Virus record (IMG/VR): IMGVR_UViG_3300009285_004982
From: a virus
Strand: one strand, 5' to 3'
DNA: 62,247 nucleotides
Positions 45,641 to 54,476 of this stretch are shown piece by piece. The translations under genes and the position numbers were made by a program. The notes beneath the pieces are model-generated. The model did no database searches. It was not told the DNA's origin and saw only the letters and a program-made list of their open reading frames with translations. Position 1 is the first letter of the stretch; each line of letters starts with the position of its first letter.

Positions 45641-46235
45641 CCCTGCCGATCTTACATTTAATCCCGGACATCATCTCTATCGTTGGCAGACGAAGCCCAT
45701 TCCGGGATTGACCGGTATTCTCAAAAGCACCGGAATTCTCGGCGAGATGGCCCATTCGAGCGAACTCCACCAGCTGCGCGGGACAATTATCCACGAAGCA
45801 ATCCGATTATTTAATAAGGGCACCCTCGATTTCAGCACCGTATCCGAGGAACACCGCCCTTATTTATCAGCTTATGAATTATGGCTCAAAGAATCGGGCG
45901 CAGAGATCCTTCATTCGGAAGTGATGTGTTTTGACCCCGATCTTCGATTTGCCTGCCGCATCGATTTACTGGCCGAGCTAGAAGGACAAGTCCAGGTCGT
46001 CGAGTTAAAAACGGGCACCCCTCCGCCCGCGACGGCGATTCAAACAGCGGGGCAAGCCTGCGCTGTGAAGGAATCAGCCGAATCAAAATCCCCCTATGAT
46101 ATCGGTCGGCTCGGTTTGCATCTCAGAGAAGACGGAACCTATAAGACCTATCCTTACAAGGATGCGCGGGATATAAAAATATTCATTTGCGCAATGACTT
46201 TGCACAATTGGAAATTGAATAACAACTTGATTTGA
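45633..46235 (+). CDS. PD-(D/E)XK (RecB/Cas4-like) exonuclease
   Basis: GTIIHEAI...CRIDLLAELEGQVQVVELKTG. Confidence 0.55.
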   Translation: MINPADLTFNPGHHLYRWQTKPIPGLTGILKSTGILGEMAHSSELHQLRGTIIHEAIRLFNKGTLDFSTVSEEHRPYLSAYELWLKESGAEILHSEVMCFDPDLRFACRIDLLAELEGQVQVVELKTGTPPPATAIQTAGQACAVKESAESKSPYDIGRLGLHLREDGTYKTYPYKDARDIKIFICAMTLHNWKLNNNLI

Positions 46236-46291
46236 GAAATGGAGTGTTTTGTTATGTCATGCGGTGATATGAAATGACAACGTGAAATGAA

Positions 46292-46987
46292 ATGAATAGA
46301 GAATACGAAATTGAAACACTCAAAACGGAGTACAGGGACATTGGCCGCCTTGATCTAGATATTGCCAGAAAATATGCGTTCGCAATTCGAGACGCGGCGA
46401 GTCTAGATCAGGCGGCCCAGTATCTCATCGAACTCAAACGCCACAAACGGGTGATTGAAGATCGTCTGAAACCCATCATTGCCGAGGCCAGGAAACCATT
46501 GGAATCTTTACGCGCTTTGTTGGATGAATTGACGGAACCATTGGATCGGGCTGAACGCGAATTAATCAAACCGGCGATTGCGCGATATGAACAACATCAG
46601 GAAGAGATCCGCCGGATTGAGCAAATGAAACGAGAGCAAGAATTCAAAAAATTGGAAGAAGACCATCGCTTGCGGATGGCGGGTGAATTAGAGGGGGCCG
46701 GATTTCAGAAAGAAGCGGAAGATTTGCTTTCGCAATCGATTGATTCAATTCCAATAGAACTTGAAAAAACAAAAACAGATGGGCTTTCATTTTCCTGGAA
46801 TTATTCCGCCGAGATTTTCGATCTCAAAGCTTTGGTTCAAGCAGTAGCCAATGGGAAGGTTTCGACCCAGGCGATCAGCCCGAATCAGATTTTTCTAAAT
46901 ATGCAGGCGCGATTAATGAAAGATTCATTCAGCATTCCTGGGGTTGTCTTACGAAAAGAGCGGAAGGTCGCCGCTCGCATCCAATAG
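46292..46987 (+). CDS. Coiled-coil protein (Gp157 / Gam-like, uncertain)
   Basis: 231 aa, long helical N-terminal part. Confidence 0.3.
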   Translation: MNREYEIETLKTEYRDIGRLDLDIARKYAFAIRDAASLDQAAQYLIELKRHKRVIEDRLKPIIAEARKPLESLRALLDELTEPLDRAERELIKPAIARYEQHQEEIRRIEQMKREQEFKKLEEDHRLRMAGELEGAGFQKEAEDLLSQSIDSIPIELEKTKTDGLSFSWNYSAEIFDLKALVQAVANGKVSTQAISPNQIFLNMQARLMKDSFSIPGVVLRKERKVAARIQ

Positions 46988-46992
46988 TAAAT

Positions 46993-47223
46993 ATGGGAAA
47001 AATTCTGATTATTACATTAGGGGTAATTCCAGCCGTCATCACTTTATTAATGATTTGTTATTTCTGTGGATTTTTCCAAAAAGAATTCTTTGATAATTCC
47101 AGATGCGAGTTATTTCACGGGGAAAAAACGAAATTAATTTCGCACACATTCTCAACACGGAGGATAGATTATACGTGTGAACGATGTGGAAGGAGATGGA
47201 GTAGGGTAGATTATTTATTATGA
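46993..47223 (+). CDS. Small membrane protein with a zinc ribbon
   Basis: N-terminal TM ILIITLGVIPAVITLLMICYF, C-terminal CERCG. Confidence 0.45.
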   Translation: MGKILIITLGVIPAVITLLMICYFCGFFQKEFFDNSRCELFHGEKTKLISHTFSTRRIDYTCERCGRRWSRVDYLL

Positions 47224-47465
47224 AAATCGGCGATACGATAAAGGCGGGAACCAATCCGTGTATTATTTGTGGGAAACCACATATGAAAGAATTATCAGCA
47301 TTGGTCCCATCACCAGAACCAGATGATCATAAATATGATCCTCTTTCTGATCGCGCATGGGCGCATATCCAAACTAAAAAACTTGAACAATTGAAAGATT
47401 TGAATCATGATAGACAACCTATTTTTTTGATTCTAAAAAGAAGAAATAATCCAAGGGAGGATTAA
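47220..47465 (+). CDS. Hypothetical protein (N-terminus paralogous to 47790..48068)
   Basis: MKIGDTIKAGTNPCIICGKPH versus VEIGDCVEEGVVPCLGCDRPH. Confidence 0.45.
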   Translation: MKIGDTIKAGTNPCIICGKPHMKELSALVPSPEPDDHKYDPLSDRAWAHIQTKKLEQLKDLNHDRQPIFLILKRRNNPRED

Positions 47466-47788
47466 TGGCCTACCAACAAAAAGAGAGAGCGGACATAAAG
47501 GAAAAAATCGTAAAGGTTTTGCGACAATCATTATCCGACGAAGAGACAATTAAATCTGAACTCAGAATCCTTTCCTGGATCGTTAACGAAAAAGTAACGC
47601 CCGTAAAACTGGAACGCCGGGATTTCTGGAAGGATAAAGAGGGGGTCTGGAAGCCCGGCAAATGTCGTGGTTTATCTGATTCTGATGTGATTTTTATTCT
47701 CGAACATGGGGTCGAGATCGGTAGATACATGGGATTCAATGCCGATAAGTTCGCCGCCAAACCAGAGGCGGAACCGGTTCCATTTTAA
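47465..47788 (+). CDS. Hypothetical protein
   Basis: 107-aa ORF, RBS AGGGAGGA. Confidence 0.5.
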   Translation: MAYQQKERADIKEKIVKVLRQSLSDEETIKSELRILSWIVNEKVTPVKLERRDFWKDKEGVWKPGKCRGLSDSDVIFILEHGVEIGRYMGFNADKFAAKPEAEPVPF

Positions 47789-47789
47789 G

Positions 47790-48068
47790 ATGAATAAAAA
47801 GGTTGAAATCGGAGATTGTGTCGAGGAGGGAGTTGTTCCCTGCCTTGGTTGTGATCGCCCCCATGATAATGTCGTTACCAGCTTAAGGGATAATGGGGAT
47901 ATTCTGACAACCACTTGGGCCACGGATCATGTTTACAATCAAATGTCGGACAAACAATTCATCCAGTTTCTTCTCTTAGAGAACGCAGATTTAAGAAACA
48001 AGATTGAAACGCTAACAGCATCTTCGAATGGAAAACGAGAAAGAAAAAGCGTCAATCGTCGTCGGTAA
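47790..48068 (+). CDS. Hypothetical protein
   Basis: ATG two nt after the upstream stop. The track ORF 47706 extends back into the upstream gene. Confidence 0.45.
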   Translation: MNKKVEIGDCVEEGVVPCLGCDRPHDNVVTSLRDNGDILTTTWATDHVYNQMSDKQFIQFLLLENADLRNKIETLTASSNGKRERKSVNRRR

Positions 48069-48195
48069 ATATGTGATCGCAGACGAGGACGATAAAAACA
48101 TTTGGATCACTCTCGCCGAGACGGGGGAATCAATGCGGATTCCCAAGCGGAAATTCGGTAAATGGGTCGGCCTATTTTTCGATAAGGAATTTTAA
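48028..48195 (+). CDS. Hypothetical small protein
   Basis: 55-aa ORF, not in the supplied track. Confidence 0.3.
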   Translation: MENEKEKASIVVGKYVIADEDDKNIWITLAETGESMRIPKRKFGKWVGLFFDKEF

Positions 48196-48232
48196 TGAGT
48201 CACGAATATGAGATCATCGGCGACAGAATGGT

Positions 48233-48502
48233 TTGCCGGATCTGTCATTTCTGGATTCACTTGTTTTGATTTATTCAGTGAATAAATACAAGCATGTCTA
48301 TTTCGATAAACTCTCGGATATTAGTCCTTGTTATTTGATTCGGTCAGTTGATTCCCGCGTGACCCTGGGCCGGATCAGTTTTATCGAACGCTGGAACCGC
48401 TGGGTTCCCTATTTCAAATGTTCGTTTCCCGTTGAATGGTTAAGGGAAATCGATGAGTTCATTGAGGCGTTGCATAAATATGAAAAAGAATCACGAGCAT
48501 AA
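48233..48502 (+). CDS. Hypothetical protein
   Basis: 89-aa ORF. The TTG start is uncertain. Confidence 0.35.
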   Translation: MPDLSFLDSLVLIYSVNKYKHVYFDKLSDISPCYLIRSVDSRVTLGRISFIERWNRWVPYFKCSFPVEWLREIDEFIEALHKYEKESRA

Positions 48503-48638
48503 ACCATACTGCTTCCGTCTCGACGGAGATGGGGAGCATTTTAAATGCAGGATATGTGAAAAACAAATCCAGCGGTCATGGATCGAATTCGCCGAGGGGA
48601 GGAAATCGCAAAATGCCAAAAATGAAAAAGCCATCTGA
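48480..48638 (+). CDS. Small zinc-ribbon protein
   Basis: YCFRLDG...KCRICEK. Confidence 0.35.
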   Translation: MKKNHEHKPYCFRLDGDGEHFKCRICEKQIQRSWIEFAEGRKSQNAKNEKAI

Positions 48639-48795
48639 TCTCATTCTGGAAAAAGCTATGAGAGAAATAGAAAAGGTCGCTTCACCAGATCGAGATATTG
48701 CCCACGCGACAATTGATGGTACCCGTTTTATCATCCGCGAAATTCTCAATTGGATTGATGCTCATCACATGGGGAAGGATAAGCAAATAAAATGA
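48613..48795 (+). CDS. Hypothetical protein
   Basis: ATG 48613 with RBS GGGAGG. Confidence 0.4.
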   Translation: MPKMKKPSDLILEKAMREIEKVASPDRDIAHATIDGTRFIIREILNWIDAHHMGKDKQIK

Positions 48796-48986
48796 AAAAG
48801 ATTGTTTCTTTCGACGAATAGGAATCGGGCAAGGTTAAATTAACCGACGAATGGTTCGAACCCCTCTTTGAATATCATCCCTATATTGGAAAATATTGCA
48901 TCGGATTTGAAGGCGTTGAAACTGGCATCATCCTCTCCCCTGCGTTCTGCGATATATTAGAGGGATGTTTGACGGTCAGACAATAG
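48792..48986 (+). pseudogene. ORF with an in-frame TAG at 48819..48821 (nonsense-interrupted gene or readthrough candidate)
   Basis: The ATGA-coupled start gives MKKIVSFDE, then TAG, then 54 further in-frame codons (ESGKVKLTDEWFEPLFEYHPYIGKYCIGFEG...). There is no alternative start downstream of the TAG. Confidence 0.35.
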
Positions 48987-49033
48987 CGAAATTAAACAGA
49001 AAATAAACCTCAGCAATGGGGGAAAGAGGAAAA

Positions 49034-49312
49034 ATGGAGCCGAATATTGAAGACAATCAAATATCAAGAGAAATAGTTTCTAACATCATCACGGATTTCT
49101 CTGCCGATAGATGGAACAAGAATCAATACGAATTTCATTGTGGGCACGTCGCCCATGTGCTGTTAAATAAAAAGCTTGAAGGATGGGAAAGAGCAAAATT
49201 GAAGCTCATTGAAATGGTCGCCAGTCAATCTTATTTGAATGGCGAATTTGTCATGACCTGGTCTGAGAAAATACAGAATCTTGTAATGGATGTGGAGACG
49301 AAATCAGAATGA
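49034..49312 (+). CDS. Hypothetical protein
   Basis: RBS AGAGGAAAA. The track start is 49016. Confidence 0.45.
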   Translation: MEPNIEDNQISREIVSNIITDFSADRWNKNQYEFHCGHVAHVLLNKKLEGWERAKLKLIEMVASQSYLNGEFVMTWSEKIQNLVMDVETKSE

Positions 49313-49342
49313 AAAAAATAATCATTCATACGGAGAGGCTAA

Positions 49343-49879
49343 TTGAATAAGATAAAAATCGAATGCGCCTTCGATAAGATGGTTCCCATCTCGGAACTTA
49401 AGCCGAATCCTCGCAATTGTAACCATCATTCTGAGGAACAAATTCGGATCTTAGCTAAGGTGATCAAAGATAGGGGATGGAGAGTTCCTATTACAATCTC
49501 GAAACGATCTGGATTCATTGTTCGTGGACACGCGCGTTTATTGGCCGCTAAATTACTGAAGTTGGAAGAAGTCCCGTGTGACATACAGTCTTATATTTCA
49601 GATGAAGAGGAACTCGAAGATTTAGTGGGTGATAACCGCATATCGGAGCTCGCAGAATTAAGCATCCCGGACGTGCGCGAGATCTTGAAAACTCTTGACG
49701 CCGCCCACCGGGATCTCGAATTGACCGGCTTTGCCGGAGATGATCTTCTAAGAATCATGGATAATCTGAATCTCGGCCAAACATTCGATGACGATAAGAA
49801 ATTTCAATCCAAAGAATCGGATCATCATAAATTAATTAAATGTCCAAATTGCGGGGAGAAGTTTGAATTTAGAAAATAG
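49343..49879 (+). CDS. ParB-like nuclease-domain protein with a C-terminal zinc ribbon
   Basis: ELKPNPRNCNHHSEEQIRILAKVIKDRGWRVPITIS..GFIVRGHARLLAAKLL, then CPNCGE. Confidence 0.6.
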   Translation: MNKIKIECAFDKMVPISELKPNPRNCNHHSEEQIRILAKVIKDRGWRVPITISKRSGFIVRGHARLLAAKLLKLEEVPCDIQSYISDEEELEDLVGDNRISELAELSIPDVREILKTLDAAHRDLELTGFAGDDLLRIMDNLNLGQTFDDDKKFQSKESDHHKLIKCPNCGEKFEFRK

Positions 49880-50315
49880 TAATGAAATAAATGATTTGCA
49901 AATTGGAAAAGCAGGTGAATATCTAGTTTGCGCGGATTTGATTTTAGCTGGACATGTAGCTTTTCCATCAGAACAAGGGTTACCTTTTGATGTTGTTGCT
50001 GTAGTCAATGACAGGATTTTTAAAATTCAAGTTAAAACGACAAGAAGATTAAAGGCCGTGCCTCAAAGAAAATTAAGAAGTGATAAATATCTTTTTAACA
50101 TAAGAAGATGCGGAAAGGGCGGGAGAAAGATTTACCTAAAAAATGATGTTGATGTTTTTGCTTTGATTGCATTGGATAAGCGAATTATCGGATATTTAAA
50201 AGCAGATAATGTTAAGCAATCAATGCATTTTTTGCCAGAGGATGGGCAGAATATTAAATTGGCAAAAGTTCTGAAATTGTCGGATTATAAAATGAAAGAT
50301 GCTTTTGGATACTAA
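49863..50315 (+). CDS. PD-(D/E)XK nuclease (Hjc / I-Ssp6803I-like fold)
   Basis: GKAGEYLVCADLILAGHVAFP...PFDVVAVVNDRIFKIQVKTT. Confidence 0.5.
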   Translation: MNLENSNEINDLQIGKAGEYLVCADLILAGHVAFPSEQGLPFDVVAVVNDRIFKIQVKTTRRLKAVPQRKLRSDKYLFNIRRCGKGGRKIYLKNDVDVFALIALDKRIIGYLKADNVKQSMHFLPEDGQNIKLAKVLKLSDYKMKDAFGY

Positions 50316-50434
50316 AAGCCAGACGAATCGGAAATTAATTAAACGCATTGATTTCTCCGTTCGAACATTTCTCTTGAAAATAGATATACATATGTGATAT
50401 ATAATTGATTGACACTCTATAACCGGAGGCTAAA

Positions 50435-50842
50435 ATGAATACTCAATCAAAAGAGAGCATTTCCCAAGACCTGCCATTCCTCGAAAATCACACCTCCCTC
50501 CCCTGGAGAGTTATCATAGAAGATCCCCGCGCAAGCATGTCCGAAGCCTATATCATGGGCAATGATAAAGACCATGCTATCCTGGCTTCCTTTCTGGTTC
50601 CTAATGCCATTGGCGATGCTCAGTTTGCCGCCCATGCCGCTAATCAATTCAATCTGCTTCTTCACACCTGCGAATTCACCCGAAGCCAGCTTCAGCTTAT
50701 TCGCGGATTCGCTAGAGGGGCAGATGCGGAATTGAAGAGCCTCGAAAATCATTTGGAAGAAATAGTTAATCAAGCTTATGGCCGTTCATTCAATGGGGAT
50801 CACAAGGAGAAATCGCATGAATCACCTAATCAGGATCGTTGA
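50435..50842 (+). CDS. Hypothetical protein
   Basis: 135 aa, RBS GGAGG. Confidence 0.5.
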   Translation: MNTQSKESISQDLPFLENHTSLPWRVIIEDPRASMSEAYIMGNDKDHAILASFLVPNAIGDAQFAAHAANQFNLLLHTCEFTRSQLQLIRGFARGADAELKSLENHLEEIVNQAYGRSFNGDHKEKSHESPNQDR

Positions 50843-50987
50843 AATTCTTCTTGTTCTCGGCTCGCTTCTCTGGGCCACGTCCCGCCCGATGTCCGCTGGG
50901 TACAATCAGGATGGCCCATGGAGTGGTTATGAGAAGTCACAAATAATTAGCCTGCTGGAGAATATTGAACAAAATACGAGAAAATGA
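50817..50987 (+). CDS. Small membrane protein
   Basis: ATG 50817 with RBS AAGGAGA. TM segment IVEILLVLGSLLWA. Confidence 0.4.
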   Translation: MNHLIRIVEILLVLGSLLWATSRPMSAGYNQDGPWSGYEKSQIISLLENIEQNTRK

Positions 50988-51489
50988 AATTGGACTGTTG
51001 CTAAAAAAGATGAATAGTAGGCTTGCCAATAATCAGTTCGCGATTGTTGATAATGATATGTATGAACTATTGAATCGTCTTAAATGGCATGCTCGTTACG
51101 ATAAAATTGTGAAAAATTATTATTCCTGCAGATATCTTTGCAAACGGTTAGGAAAAGATGTCCGTGAATATATGCCTTGGTATATTGTCGGGAAACCAAT
51201 AAAAGGTTACGTAGTAGATCATATCAATGGAAATACTTTGGATAATCGGAGAAGCAATTTGCGAGTTGTAACGCATAGGGAAAATCAGCAAAATCAAAAG
51301 GTTCATAGGCGGGGTCATCAAATAGGATCTGCTTGGCAAAATCGGAAGAAGCAATGGAGAGCACAAACACATATTGACGGAAGGACAATATATGTCGGTT
51401 CATTTGATACTCCGCAATTAGCTTCAGAAGCCTCGAAAGCTTATTATTGGAAAGTTTTAAATAGATTTAAAAAAGGAGGCGCCGTATGA
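50965..51489 (+). CDS. HNH endonuclease with an AP2-like DNA-binding domain
   Basis: VVDHINGNTLDNRRSNLRVVTHRENQQN, then WRAQTHIDGRTIYVGSFDTPQLASEA. The start is uncertain (TTG 50965 or ATG 51010). Confidence 0.7.
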   Translation: MNKIRENEIGLLLKKMNSRLANNQFAIVDNDMYELLNRLKWHARYDKIVKNYYSCRYLCKRLGKDVREYMPWYIVGKPIKGYVVDHINGNTLDNRRSNLRVVTHRENQQNQKVHRRGHQIGSAWQNRKKQWRAQTHIDGRTIYVGSFDTPQLASEASKAYYWKVLNRFKKGGAV

Positions 51490-51764
51490 GTGGTCCCATA
51501 TTCATGAGACAGCCGAACTCCAACAGGCAAACGAAGTTTGTTTTTCCGATTAAGCGGAAGGCCGCCATAGCCATCGACAGCGAGATGGCAAAGCATGGCC
51601 TAATTGGCATCAAGAGCTACCAGATTAGGCCGCCCTCGCCGCGCAGGGGGACTATGGTCATTCTGGCCGGTAAACCGCCCATTAGGTTCACGGAGCAGCT
51701 CAGTCGCTCGGATGCTGTCCGGGAGGCCATCTTAGTCATTCAAAGGAAACGAAATGGCAAATAA
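51486..51764 (+). CDS. Hypothetical protein
   Basis: 92-aa ORF. Confidence 0.45.
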   Translation: MSGPIFMRQPNSNRQTKFVFPIKRKAAIAIDSEMAKHGLIGIKSYQIRPPSPRRGTMVILAGKPPIRFTEQLSRSDAVREAILVIQRKRNGK

Positions 51765-51972
51765 AACACTCAAGATATGCCCTATTTTACTCAAAGAAGC
51801 GGAGCTTGAATATCTTAAACGGGAAGCTTTTGCCCGTGAGTTATCAATGGCTGATTATGTACGGCCTAAAGTCATCCCCCGCAATTGGTTTGAAAGGTTG
51901 CCGATTTTGATCGATGTTCAAGGTCCACTACCAAGACGAAAAGGAAGACCGCAAAAGAAATTGAAGGAGTGA
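51754..51972 (+). CDS. Small RHH/MobC-like protein with an AT-hook-like tail
   Basis: LKEAELEYLKREAFARELSMADYVR, then RRKGRPQKK. Confidence 0.4.
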   Translation: MANKTLKICPILLKEAELEYLKREAFARELSMADYVRPKVIPRNWFERLPILIDVQGPLPRRKGRPQKKLKE

Positions 51973-51978
51973 AGAAAA

Positions 51979-52710
51979 ATGGAACAAGAAAAATCAAGAG
52001 TATTCCCATTGTTGATTTCTGTTGGAGAAAGGGAATATCTACACCGGGAATCCTTTTCACATAACATGTCAGTATCCAACTATGTGAAATCCCTCGTTTT
52101 GCCAAAAAATTATGAATCCCGTTTAGTTAAGTTAAGGAAAGAGAATTCTGCTTCGGAAATTAAGCCACATCTTAGATGGAGAAATCATTATGCTCCAGGA
52201 AAATTGATTTTATCTCGTAGTCGGAATTTTAATGTGGACGTTTTGATCGATGATAATGACCTCGAAATTATCAAGAAATATCAATGGCATTATACTGGTG
52301 GATATGTTTCAACTTTCGTGAAATTGGGCAAGGGTAAATTTACGTCAAAAACACTGCATCAAATATTGAATCCAACCTGGAACATGACGGATCATATCGA
52401 TAGGAATCCAAGGAATAACCAACGGTCCAATTTGCGACCTTGTACATCATCTGAAAATGCCCGGAATCATAAGATTTCAAAGAATAATACAACTGGCATC
52501 ATAGGCGTATCTGAGAAAATCACAAAAGATTCCAATGGGAATGTATGGAGATACTGGGTCTCGCATTGGAGAGAAGATAAAAAGGCGAAAAGTAAACATT
52601 TTCCTTATACCCCAGAAGGATTTGAACAGGCTGTTAATTTGCGAAATTTAAAGGTTAAAGAATTGTATGGAGAATTCGCTCCGATTCAATATGACAAAGT
52701 GAAGACATAA
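51979..52710 (+). CDS. HNH-AP2 endonuclease fused to an N-terminal RHH-like module paralogous to 51754..51972
   Basis: MTDHIDRNPRNNQRSNLRPCTSSENARN, then NTTGIIGVS...WRYWVSHW. N-terminus GEREYLHRESFSHNMSVSNYVK. Confidence 0.7.
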   Translation: MEQEKSRVFPLLISVGEREYLHRESFSHNMSVSNYVKSLVLPKNYESRLVKLRKENSASEIKPHLRWRNHYAPGKLILSRSRNFNVDVLIDDNDLEIIKKYQWHYTGGYVSTFVKLGKGKFTSKTLHQILNPTWNMTDHIDRNPRNNQRSNLRPCTSSENARNHKISKNNTTGIIGVSEKITKDSNGNVWRYWVSHWREDKKAKSKHFPYTPEGFEQAVNLRNLKVKELYGEFAPIQYDKVKT

Positions 52711-52754
52711 CGATGACAAACATGTGAATAACACCATCGCCTATTATATATCCC

Positions 52755-52782
52755 TTGACATAATCCGGTATCTCGATATACA
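52755..52782 (+). promoter_or_regulatory. Sigma70-like promoter candidate (TTGACA-N16-TATACA)
   Basis: Located in the intergenic stretch after the HNH-AP2 gene. Confidence 0.35.
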
Positions 52783-52819
52783 ATTAAGTATAAGCAAATG
52801 AGATTAACCGGAGGCGACC

Positions 52820-52987
52820 ATGGAAAAGGTAAAGGCGATGATCGAAAGGCAGATCCAGAGAGCAGGTGAAATAGGGAATTTCAAGAAAGTCATGGAGGCG
52901 GAGCTGCTTCTTGGAATGATCGACAATCAGACAGTCGGGATGATCGAGGCGTTGAATTTGATCGGTAGGATTCATTCGAATTCGTAA
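52820..52987 (+). CDS. Hypothetical small protein
   Basis: 55-aa ORF with RBS GGAGG, not in the supplied track. It displaces the minus ORF 52784..52975. Confidence 0.45.
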   Translation: MEKVKAMIERQIQRAGEIGNFKKVMEAELLLGMIDNQTVGMIEALNLIGRIHSNS

Positions 52988-52999
52988 GGGAGGCCCAAT

Positions 53000-53221
53000 A
53001 TGAAACGGTTAAACGAATATGAGGTAGAAATGCTTCATCAAGCCTATGAAACAACGAAAGAAATTCTGAACGAGATCATTCATCTGGAAGCCACTGGGAT
53101 GTCTGAAATCAATTATGATGATCCCCGTTTCTGGGGTTTGAGGGGACGGGCCGATAATCTAGCGGCCATTATGTACAACATCTATTATGGCGTTTACCGT
53201 CCGGATAAGGTTCTGCAATGA
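53000..53221 (+). CDS. Hypothetical protein
   Basis: 73 aa, RBS AGGGAGG. Confidence 0.5.
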   Translation: MKRLNEYEVEMLHQAYETTKEILNEIIHLEATGMSEINYDDPRFWGLRGRADNLAAIMYNIYYGVYRPDKVLQ

Positions 53222-53340
53222 ATCCGTTTCGAGTTTTGTGCTCTTGGTGTGGAACGGATATCGGCGGGAACCCGGAAGCACGAGAGATAAGCCATGGGAT
53301 TTGTGAATCCTGTATCGAAAAATACTTCCCGGAGGCCTAA
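53218..53340 (+). CDS. Small zinc-ribbon protein
   Basis: 40 aa, CSWCG...CESC, ATGA coupling. Confidence 0.4.
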   Translation: MNPFRVLCSWCGTDIGGNPEAREISHGICESCIEKYFPEA

Positions 53341-53341
53341 A

Positions 53342-53581
53342 ATGAAAAAATGCACCCACGTTATTGGCTTAAAAAAAGTTCCAGCATTGAGAATGGTTAC
53401 TAGGGGTTATGCTCAATGTGAACTATGTAAGAAATATATGAAAGCAGCTCCATTATCTTATTACGTTGATAAGCAGGAACAACAAAGACAAGTTGGGAAA
53501 GTTGGCAGGCTCTCCGTTAATTCTTTTCGAATTGGAGGTCAATCATGGAATACCTCAAAAGGTCGCTCACGGAACTCTTGA
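53342..53581 (+). CDS. Hypothetical protein
   Basis: ATG 53342 with RBS GGAGG. Confidence 0.45.
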   Translation: MKKCTHVIGLKKVPALRMVTRGYAQCELCKKYMKAAPLSYYVDKQEQQRQVGKVGRLSVNSFRIGGQSWNTSKGRSRNS

Positions 53582-53653
53582 AATTAATATGGCAGGAACT
53601 GACCCGAAAACTGACCAAAGAAGAAGAAGCTGATATGGACGCAGAGGAATACA

Positions 53654-53857
53654 ATGAGCTCTAAGATTGTCACTTACGAATGTTCCGAATGCAGCAAAAG
53701 CGAAGTCTGGATGAGGGCCGATGTGTATGAATACCGGAGTGAGATAGGGCAGATGGAGGCGGTTAACTTCCCGGAGTTCAAGACCTGCGAGGTTTGCGAG
53801 GGCTTGTTTTGTGATGCGTGCCATGATGAACACAATTGTTTGAGGAGGGTAGCCTAA
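53654..53857 (+). CDS. Zinc-ribbon protein
   Basis: YECSECS...CEVCEGLFCDAC. Confidence 0.5.
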   Translation: MSSKIVTYECSECSKSEVWMRADVYEYRSEIGQMEAVNFPEFKTCEVCEGLFCDACHDEHNCLRRVA

Positions 53858-54240
53858 TGAAACGCTTAATTTTATTGGTTCCTTTTTTATTTATTCTTGG
53901 AGCCTGCAATAACCTGGAACGGATCATGAACGGGGCTGAATCACGACCACCTGCCCCAGTCCCGGCCCAAATCGTCGTTGAAGGCCAAACAACGTCTAAT
54001 TATCAAACCCTGGGCGGTATTCCCCATGATGGCCGAAAAGTGACGGCATTTGTTAAACGGGATGGCGAGGCTGACTTTCGTCAGCTTAACCAATATGAGT
54101 TTAAGCTCATTCCGGGTTCAGATAGCGTCCAGCTCTGGCGGGAAATCATTGTCTATTCGGAACACATGATCGTCATCACCGGTAAACCGGCGGCCCCAAT
54201 TGGTTCTTATTACAGAATCATATCGGAGAAAGCGTCATGA
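53857..54240 (+). CDS. Lipoprotein
   Basis: MKRLILLVPFLFILGAC has a signal peptide and lipobox. RBS GAGGAGGG. Confidence 0.6.
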   Translation: MKRLILLVPFLFILGACNNLERIMNGAESRPPAPVPAQIVVEGQTTSNYQTLGGIPHDGRKVTAFVKRDGEADFRQLNQYEFKLIPGSDSVQLWREIIVYSEHMIVITGKPAAPIGSYYRIISEKAS

Positions 54241-54446
54241 ATACTTTATTGACTGAACGTTCGGAGGTAAAAACGATCAAGACATTCCGCCGAACCTTTA
54301 TCGACTGGCTCGACTGGTGGGCCAAGCTCGGACAGGACGCACTCGATAAAGGCAAGCCGGAAGACGTGCGACACATACTCAATATCATGGTCAAATCAAT
54401 GCGGGAAATGAAAGAAAAAATGGAGATAGCCTCACAGAACAAATAG
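54237..54446 (+). CDS. Hypothetical protein
   Basis: 69-aa ORF. Confidence 0.45.
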   Translation: MNTLLTERSEVKTIKTFRRTFIDWLDWWAKLGQDALDKGKPEDVRHILNIMVKSMREMKEKMEIASQNK

Positions 54447-54476
54447 ACATTCGGACAAAGTCCAAGGGAGGGATTT

